DNA of 11,856 nt, from NCBI GenBank assembly GCA_964388265.1, contig CAYLXZ010000025.1:1-11856 (forward strand), given 5' to 3'. Made by a program: the position numbers and the translations under genes. This document shows, piece after piece, positions 5,952-11,856 of the stretch (within the stretch, counting starts at the first letter, position 1; every line of letters starts with the position of its first letter). Under the pieces are notes generated by a model. The model made no database searches and was not told where the DNA came from. It worked only from the letters and a program-made list of their open reading frames with translations. The DNA is from Candidatus Micrarchaeota archaeon (GTDB lineage: Archaea > B1Sed10-29).

Positions 5952-8900
5952 TTAGAAGTCTCCTAGTGATCTTTGTTGTGTGTTTTTGGATTCAAATATT
6001 TGGCTTAGATCTTTCTCTATTAACTTCAATCTCTGTTTTAAATAGTTTGAAAGATTGTATTCTTCCGCTATTTCTCTGGAGATATTTAGGTATTTCTCTA
6101 TGCCTTTTTCATGTACTGTTAATAGTATTTTTCCTCCGCATTCAGTGCATTTTCCTATTAATGGAACTCTTCGGTATTTTGTGTTGCAGTCCACGCATCT
6201 GAATGTCTGTTGTCCGAATGCTCTTAGGTTTCCGTATATATCTTTCATGAAATGGAAGTTAATTAATCGGGTAGCCATGTCTTTCTCGTCTACTGCTCTT
6301 GTTTTTTCACCTAGCTTCATCTGTTTATCCACTTTGTCCTCCATGGATTTTAGTTGGGTGTAACTTGATCTTTGTGGTCCGGCATCGAATTTACTGGTGT
6401 CGTGGGTGAATTTGAATCCTGAGAATTCTCCTTTAGTGTCTAGTCTGTCTTCTACATTTTCTACGTTTACGTCTCTTGGGTTCTTCATTTTTTGAGTTGC
6501 TTCGTAGAAGCTTAATGGGTATTTCTCCACTGTTTCCATTGCGTGAACCTCGTCGTCTATTTCACCTGGATCTATCCGTGTTGACACTACTAGTGGCTCA
6601 TCCTCCATTGCACCTGGCCTATCTGGAAGATACTTCTCTGAGAAGTTCAGCAAGGTATCTAGAAGAATCATGAGGCCATCCTCGTCACCATCACAGTTCC
6701 TTCTTTTAGCACAGTGGAAATATGGGTGTGCGTAACCTGCTTTCACATCGCTGAAACCTATTACTCGGGATAAAACTCCAGCTGATGTGTGTGGAGCCAG
6801 GCCGATTGTCAGAACTCCTACTAGATCTTCTTTTTTCTCTATGTTGTAGTATGGGTCTAGGTCGTAGTATTTTTCCAGTAATTCGTCTATGAAGTTAGCT
6901 GAGTCTGTTATGTGTTTCACGGCTTTCTCGGGTAGGAGTATGTCGTTTGGTTTTAGTTCTAGTATTTGTTCTTTGTCTCTTAGTTTGTTTCCTTTGTAGT
7001 CTCTTTTGTATCCTAGTTCTTTTAGTTTCTTGACGCTGGTACCTATTTCTCTTGGTCTGAAGTGGGTTAATGGAAGGTCTACGGCGTCGAATCTAATGGT
7101 TCCGTCCATGAAGACTGATACGTCGTGTTTTGCTCTTAGTAGGGTTTTTTCTAGTGGTTCGAACAGGTGATCTGGGTTCGTGGTTCCTTTTACTCCTTTT
7201 ACTTTGTCTGGGATTGTTTTCTGTTGGTTTGAGGTTTTCTTTATGGTGTTTTTTCTCTCTTCTGTTTCTTCTTTTAGGTTTTCTTTAGCTCTTTCTAGTT
7301 CTTTCTTCATGTTCAGTGTTTTTTCGTGGTATGTATTGGTTCGGGATCCGCAGCTTTCGCATTTTTCTCCTTTTTTCTGTGTTCTTCCGCATTTTGTACA
7401 TGTTCTCATTAGTTCTGCTCTTTCTCCACAGTCTGGGCACCTGTAGCTGAATAGTTCTTTCCCGCATTCTGGGCAGGTTAGTCTTGCTTTTTCTATTTGT
7501 GCTGTTTTTTGTTCTGCTGCTTTGGTTACGAGTCTTTGTTTTCCTCCTTCTTCTCCTACTGGTGTTAGTCCGTGTACTTCTGGTGACATTTTTCTTGGTT
7601 TTGCTTTTTCTGGTCTTCCCATTCTGGTTCCTACGTATACTGGGGCTTTTTGTTTGATTTCAAGATCACTTAGTTTATTTATTAGCTCTATTGAGTTTTT
7701 GCTTTCTTCTAGGAGTTTATCTATATCTAGGTCTTTTCTTAATCCAAGTGTTTCTATCAATGCTTCTCCATGTTCGATTTTTATATTGTTTCCATCTACC
7801 TTGTGGGGTATGCAGGTTTCTTCTAGTATTCTTTTCTTATCTTGGTTATCTATAGTTAGTTCGATTACTTTGTCTCCTTTTAGGGATTCGTATTCTCCGA
7901 ATTCTCCGTGTTCCTTTAGCCATTTCCATAGTTTGGCTATTTTTTCTTTTTCCACGTCTCCGTAGTGGTAGGTGTATTTTGGATGTAGTGGTATGTTCTT
8001 CTCTTTTGAGAGTTGTATTGCTTTTTTCTCCGATACTTGATATGGGTCTTCTATTTCTTCTCCTTCTTTTTCAGCTATTTGAATCCACCATTCTTCGCAT
8101 ATGCCTGATGGAACTAGTTTATGGTTTTCGTCAAGGAAATCTCCGTAGGTTGCTAGTATGTCACCTAGGAATAGAATTTCTTCTACTTCTGAGTTTATTT
8201 CTTTTGCTTCTTCTATTGAATCTATTTTTTTGACGGTTCCGTTTTTTAGTTTCACTATTGGTGGTTCTACTTCGTCGCATGTTGTTAGTCCCATGGCTTT
8301 TCCTGGTCTCTCGGTTTTTATTTGGGTTCCGTGTGCTGGGAATTCTTCTAGGATTTCGGTTGCTGCTGGGTGAACGCTTTGGGCTGCTATTCCGTTGTTT
8401 CTGCTTTTTCCGTATCTTAATCGGAATCCTCCTTTTTCCATTGGGTAGGAGAATACTGGTCTTCCTCCTACTACGTTTGATAGGAATTTTTCGTTTGGTT
8501 CTAGGGTTTCTTCTTGTTCTTGTTCTTCTTCTTCTCCTAGGTCTTCTTTGTTTACTTTTATGAGTTCTTCTAGCCATTCCCATTCTATGTCGTGTTTTTG
8601 GGTGGTTTTGAGTACTTTTTTCTTTTTTTGCGCTACTCCTTCGGCTAGTACTAGGCACATTCCTCCTCTTAGTCGGTTCGTTTCTATTCTGTCTAGGTTT
8701 TTGTGCACGTCTACCTCTTGTTGTTCGGTTGGAACTCCTCCTATGCATATTGGGCATTTTTTAACTATCTTCTTTACTTCTTTTTCTGGTGGATGGTACT
8801 GTAGTCTTGCTATTAGTTCGTGGTACATCTCTACTTCTTCTGCGTATCTTTCTGCTTCTTTGTCCGTTGCTTGGTATGGGCCTACTCCGAGCATCTTCCT

Positions 8901-9371
8901 GGCGTAGTCGCAGAATATAACGGCTTTTGCTTCTGCTGTTCCTCCTGCTGCTCTTATTGGTCCTGCGAAGAACACTTCCAGGTAGCTTGAGTTTCCTTCG
9001 TTTTTTATCTTGAATTCGCTTATTCCGTCTGTGCATGATACTGTTACTCCTTCTGTTTCTATTGCTAGTGCTGTTCTCACGGCTTGTGATATCTTTTCTT
9101 CTTTCGAGCCTTTTTCTCCGTATTTTCCTTTGACTATGTCTTCTATGACTTGGAACTCGATTTCTTCTCTTGATTTGTCTTTTTCTTGTAGTTCTCTTAT
9201 TCTTTCAGCTACTTTTTCTGGTCCGGTTATTCCTTCTACTCTTGCAGCCATGTCTTTTGCTGGTGGTGTTTCTACTTCTTTCTTCGGGTCTTTTCCTTTT
9301 TCTCTTGCTTTCCTGGCTACTTCATAGGCTTTTTCAGCTTCTTTTTCCAGTTCCTTGAAGTAGTTCTCCAT
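5952..9371 (-). CDS. polC: DNA polymerase D large subunit DP2 (DNA polymerase II large subunit), intein-free
   Basis: N-terminal ARKAREKGKDP...DMAARVE, AGPIRAAGGTA, GRPVFSYP..KGGFRLRYG, GTQIKTERPGK, RMGRPEKAK, Zn-binding CxxC clusters, DGTIRFD, LAPHTSAG, catalytic HPYFHCAKRRNCDGDED (CDGDED at 6678-6695), C-terminal CVDC/CTEC finger and PIP-like QRSLGDF. Confidence 0.97.
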   Translation of the reverse strand: MENYFKELEKEAEKAYEVARKAREKGKDPKKEVETPPAKDMAARVEGITGPEKVAERIRELQEKDKSREEIEFQVIEDIVKGKYGEKGSKEEKISQAVRTALAIETEGVTVSCTDGISEFKIKNEGNSSYLEVFFAGPIRAAGGTAEAKAVIFCDYARKMLGVGPYQATDKEAERYAEEVEMYHELIARLQYHPPEKEVKKIVKKCPICIGGVPTEQQEVDVHKNLDRIETNRLRGGMCLVLAEGVAQKKKKVLKTTQKHDIEWEWLEELIKVNKEDLGEEEEQEQEETLEPNEKFLSNVVGGRPVFSYPMEKGGFRLRYGKSRNNGIAAQSVHPAATEILEEFPAHGTQIKTERPGKAMGLTTCDEVEPPIVKLKNGTVKKIDSIEEAKEINSEVEEILFLGDILATYGDFLDENHKLVPSGICEEWWIQIAEKEGEEIEDPYQVSEKKAIQLSKEKNIPLHPKYTYHYGDVEKEKIAKLWKWLKEHGEFGEYESLKGDKVIELTIDNQDKKRILEETCIPHKVDGNNIKIEHGEALIETLGLRKDLDIDKLLEESKNSIELINKLSDLEIKQKAPVYVGTRMGRPEKAKPRKMSPEVHGLTPVGEEGGKQRLVTKAAEQKTAQIEKARLTCPECGKELFSYRCPDCGERAELMRTCTKCGRTQKKGEKCESCGSRTNTYHEKTLNMKKELERAKENLKEETEERKNTIKKTSNQQKTIPDKVKGVKGTTNPDHLFEPLEKTLLRAKHDVSVFMDGTIRFDAVDLPLTHFRPREIGTSVKKLKELGYKRDYKGNKLRDKEQILELKPNDILLPEKAVKHITDSANFIDELLEKYYDLDPYYNIEKKEDLVGVLTIGLAPHTSAGVLSRVIGFSDVKAGYAHPYFHCAKRRNCDGDEDGLMILLDTLLNFSEKYLPDRPGAMEDEPLVVSTRIDPGEIDDEVHAMETVEKYPLSFYEATQKMKNPRDVNVENVEDRLDTKGEFSGFKFTHDTSKFDAGPQRSSYTQLKSMEDKVDKQMKLGEKTRAVDEKDMATRLINFHFMKDIYGNLRAFGQQTFRCVDCNTKYRRVPLIGKCTECGGKILLTVHEKGIEKYLNISREIAEEYNLSNYLKQRLKLIEKDLSQIFESKNTQQRSLGDF

Positions 9372-9379
9372 TTTTATCC

Positions 9380-10864
9380 TTATTCAAGTCCTTTGTCGAA
9401 TCTTAGGACGTTTATTTTTCCTTTCTTGGTCTCTATGACGGGTAGTTTCCCGGGTGTTGGGGTGTGTCCTAGTTTTTTTTGGTAGGGTGTGGTTTTTTGC
9501 CAGGTTCCGGAGTTCACGCAGATTGTGCCTTTGTATTTGGTGTAGTCGTTTCTGTGTATGTGTCCTGTGTGGTATATGTCTGGTACTTCTTCTATGACTA
9601 GGTGATCTTCTCTTTCTGGTGTTATTGGTTTTTCCCCGTAGATTGGGTGTACGTGCCTGCATTTTAGGGTTTTCTCCATGATTTCCTTGACTTTCTCGTG
9701 GTTTGCTTTTGGCATTTGTGCTATGATGTCGTCGAAGGATGTTCCATGGTACATCAGTGTCTTTAATCCATGTAGTTTGAATGTGGAGGGGCTTCCTACT
9801 AGTGTCACATTGTCTAGTTCGCTTATTCTTCCTGCTATCACTGGATCTAGTTTTGGCTGTGGGTCTGCTTTGTTCGCTGCGTCGTGGTTTCCTGTTCCTA
9901 TTATTATCTCTATGTGGCTTGGTATCTGTTCTAGGTATTCGCCTATTTTCTTGTATTGGCCGTATATGTCGGTTATTTCGAGTTCTTGCTCTTGATCTGG
10001 GTATACTCCTACTCCTTCTGCTAGGTCTCCTGCTATTGTGATGTATTTGACTTTTTCAGCTAGTTCTTTCTGTTTTTTGTTTCCTTTCTTTCCTTTTAGC
10101 CATTCTATGAAGCTTTTAAAATTTTTTTCTAGGAAGTGTTTGCTTCCTAGGTGTATGTCTGATGTTGTTACTATTGCTAGGTCTTCTTCCGTGGTTTCTA
10201 CTTCTTTTATTGGTGTGTCTGGGTAGTGGACGTCGTTCACTATGAATAGGTCGTTGTTGCTCATTTTTCCGTCGAGTGCTATTACTTCGTCGTCTATTAT
10301 GTTCTCCATTTTTCTCTTTGTTTCTTTGTTTCCGGATGGGATTAGTGCTTTCATTATTCCTGTTGGGTCCTCTATTTTCATGAAGATGTGGTTGTTTTTT
10401 GTTGTTTTTTCTTCGGCTAGTAGGCCTATTACTTTGACGTTTTCGTTTTTCTTGTCTTTTACGTTCTCTATTTGGATTGCTGAGTTTTCTCCTCGGTCTT
10501 TCAGTATGTTATGTATCTTGTGGTATCTGCTTTTGAAGTTTTCTACGAAGTCTTTGACTTTTCCGGTTGATTCTGATTGTTTTGTTAGGTCTTTGTCTAG
10601 TATGTCTATTTTTGCTTCGTGTTCTTTGGCTAGTGGTGTGTAGAGGCTTCCTTGGATCTCGACTTCTTTTTCTTGATCTAGAAGTTCGTCTATGTCTTCT
10701 GCTTCTATGAATCCTTCTGAGAAATCTGAATCTTTTAATCTTTCAATTATTGAATCTAGGACTGTGTTGTGGTCTTCTAGTTCTTTTATTCTGTCTATTG
10801 CTCCACTTGAGACTAGGTAACCGTTTTCCTGTATTTTATTTATGGCTTGATCTATTTTCTCCAT
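9380..10864 (-). CDS. polB: DNA polymerase D small subunit DP1 (3'-5' proofreading exonuclease)
   Basis: OB-fold region (FKSRYHKI...VIGL...IEDPTG) and Mre11-like phosphoesterase motifs SDIHLGS, AGDL, GVYPDQ, GNHD, YHG, HTGHIH, NSGTWQ. Its stop is 8 nt before the DP2 start (TAAGGATAAAAATG), indicating an operon. Confidence 0.96.
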   Translation of the reverse strand: MEKIDQAINKIQENGYLVSSGAIDRIKELEDHNTVLDSIIERLKDSDFSEGFIEAEDIDELLDQEKEVEIQGSLYTPLAKEHEAKIDILDKDLTKQSESTGKVKDFVENFKSRYHKIHNILKDRGENSAIQIENVKDKKNENVKVIGLLAEEKTTKNNHIFMKIEDPTGIMKALIPSGNKETKRKMENIIDDEVIALDGKMSNNDLFIVNDVHYPDTPIKEVETTEEDLAIVTTSDIHLGSKHFLEKNFKSFIEWLKGKKGNKKQKELAEKVKYITIAGDLAEGVGVYPDQEQELEITDIYGQYKKIGEYLEQIPSHIEIIIGTGNHDAANKADPQPKLDPVIAGRISELDNVTLVGSPSTFKLHGLKTLMYHGTSFDDIIAQMPKANHEKVKEIMEKTLKCRHVHPIYGEKPITPEREDHLVIEEVPDIYHTGHIHRNDYTKYKGTICVNSGTWQKTTPYQKKLGHTPTPGKLPVIETKKGKINVLRFDKGLE

Positions 10865-10874
10865 TTTTAAACCT

Positions 10875-10949
10875 TTATAGACCTGTAGAACTCTTGATAT
10901 CTTGCATTTTCTTTAGTTCGTTCTGGAATAAAACTCTTTCTTTACTCAT
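10875..10949 (-). CDS. Possible 24-aa small ORF/uORF ahead of the PolD operon (MSKERVLFQNELKKMQDIKSSTGL)
   Basis: ATG at 10949 to TAA at 10877-10875. Purine-rich like the coding strands here, and ends 10 nt before the DP1 ATG. Too short to be certain. Confidence 0.3.
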   Translation of the reverse strand: MSKERVLFQNELKKMQDIKSSTGL

Positions 10950-10963
10950 AATAACTTATGTAT

Positions 10964-10971
10964 TTTTTAAA
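10964..10971 (+). promoter_or_regulatory. Putative TATA box for the AMMECR1 gene
   Basis: TTTTTAAA at -30..-23 from ATG10994. No SD precedes the ATG, consistent with a leaderless mRNA. Confidence 0.45.
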
Positions 10972-10993
10972 TCTCGAGTAACTTAACCAATAC

Positions 10994-11566
10994 ATGGAGC
11001 ACTCAGGTAGATTAACAGAGGAACAACAAGAAGAGGTCCTCCAATACGCTAGAAAGAATATAGAGAGTTTTGTTCGGGATCGAGAGAAGATAGATATAGA
11101 TAACTCAGATTATCTGGATCAGGAGAGAGGCTTATTCGTAACTATAAAGACTAAAGACGGTAAACTAAGAGGATGTATTGGCAGGCCTTATCCAAACCAA
11201 ACTCTAAAAGAAGCCTTGGTTGATGCTTCGGCTTCAGCTACTCGAGACCCGCGTTTTCCTCCTTTATCTCAAGAAGAACTGGATGATATAGAGATTGAAG
11301 TAACAGTGCTCACCGAGCCGGAAGAAATCGAAGTTAACTCTCTCGAGCAGGCTAGGGGGAAGATAGAGATCGGTAAACACGGTTTGATAATCAAGGGAAA
11401 CCGTTCTTCAGGTCTTCTCTTACCTCAGGTTCCTGTGGATAATGATATGAACTTAAGAGAGTTTCTAGATCACACTTGCAGGAAGGCTGGCCTCCCACCT
11501 GGTTCATGGAAGAAGGAAGATGTAGATGTATTGAAGTTCCAGGGACAGGTATTCACCGAAGATTAG
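10994..11566 (+). CDS. AMMECR1-domain protein (TIGR00296 / AmmeMemoRadiSam protein A family)
   Basis: Family motifs RGLFVTI, LRGCIG, DPRFPPL, IEVTVLT, IEIGKHGLII, GLLLPQV, CRKAGL. 190 aa. Confidence 0.93.
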   Translation: MEHSGRLTEEQQEEVLQYARKNIESFVRDREKIDIDNSDYLDQERGLFVTIKTKDGKLRGCIGRPYPNQTLKEALVDASASATRDPRFPPLSQEELDDIEIEVTVLTEPEEIEVNSLEQARGKIEIGKHGLIIKGNRSSGLLLPQVPVDNDMNLREFLDHTCRKAGLPPGSWKKEDVDVLKFQGQVFTED

Positions 11567-11574
11567 GACAAGCA

Positions 11575-11582
11575 TTTAAATA
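11575..11582 (+). promoter_or_regulatory. Putative TATA box for the right-edge gene
   Basis: TTTAAATA begins 26-35 nt upstream of the candidate ATGs at 11601, 11604 and 11610. Confidence 0.45.
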
Positions 11583-11600
11583 CAGAGTTATTATTATGAG

Positions 11601-11856
11601 ATGATGAAGATGAATTCCACCACCCAGAGAAAAACCGGAAGAATTCCATATATCTATATAGCGGTTCTGGTTCTAGGGCTAGTGATGATGGCTGGAGTTG
11701 GCTTTTCAACCGCATGGGAACTAGAGAACGCAACATACACAGGAACAAACATACCAACCCAAGATAGTTCTCCTACTGGTTTGTCTTGGAGTGGTGATGG
11801 CTCCAAACTATACGAAATAGGATATGGTGGTGATGCGTTTTATGAGTATGATTGTA
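11601..11856 (+). CDS. Secreted/surface protein with beta-propeller-type repeat, 3'-truncated
   Basis: Open frame to the window end: MMKMNSTTQRKTGRIPYIYIAVLVLGLVMMAGVGFSTAWELENATYTGTNIPTQDSSPTGLSWSGDGSKLYEIGYGGDAFYEYDC. A basic n-region and hydrophobic h-region (signal peptide) precede a PTGLxWSxDGSKLY blade motif. Confidence 0.8.
   Translation, partial: MMKMNSTTQRKTGRIPYIYIAVLVLGLVMMAGVGFSTAWELENATYTGTNIPTQDSSPTGLSWSGDGSKLYEIGYGGDAFYEYDC

Noticed and set aside
6678..6730. Intein in DP2 at the RRN/CDGDED site
   Set aside because: The motif HPYFHCAKRRNCDGDED is contiguous, and the protein length (1139 aa) leaves no room for an intein.
8161..8757. 198-aa Arg/Lys-rich ORF in an alternative frame of DP2 (also 1632-1994, 8761-9036, 9384-9662)
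   Set aside because: Shifted-frame reading of GAA/AAA-rich, T-poor coding sequence. The main frames are intact, so no frameshift is needed.
9473..9480. T8 tract (A8 on the coding strand) in DP1 as a slippage or phase-variation site
   Set aside because: It encodes Gln-Lys-Lys in an uninterrupted frame, and such runs are expected at this A content.
10917..10933. GTTCGTTCTGGAATAAA as a degenerate ORB upstream of DP1
   Set aside because: Single, poor match with no G-string or inverted partner, and it lies inside the candidate small ORF.
10994..11566. Complete AmmeMemoRadiSam system
   Set aside because: Only the AMMECR1 gene is present. No Memo or radical-SAM gene is adjacent in this window.
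11563..11757. 64-aa minus-strand ORF at the right edge
   Set aside because: It is antisense to a much better plus-strand ORF that has a signal peptide, a propeller motif and a TATA box.

Overview
Gene-dense, AT-rich (roughly 35-40% GC by eye) archaeal chromosomal segment, possibly DPANN (inference only). It carries a DNA-replication and cell-division cluster. Order: 3' part of a heavily N-glycosylatable surface protein with a PGF-CTERM-like anchor (+), small membrane protein (-), Hel308/Hjm helicase (+), Orc1/Cdc6 (-), SepF (+, divergent from cdc6), uncharacterised membrane-anchored protein with a two-fold internal repeat (+), PolD large subunit DP2 (-), PolD small subunit DP1 (-), possible 24-codon uORF (-), AMMECR1-domain protein (+), and the start of a secreted beta-propeller-repeat protein (+, truncated, absent from the ORF track). 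I found no RNA genes, CRISPR arrays, mobile elements or inteins. Most notable: the head-to-head cdc6/sepF pair shares a 100-bp spacer containing a palindrome, an unknown tail-anchored protein follows sepF (candidate divisome component), Hel308 has a DEIQ motif II, and a small ORF lies just upstream of the PolD operon.
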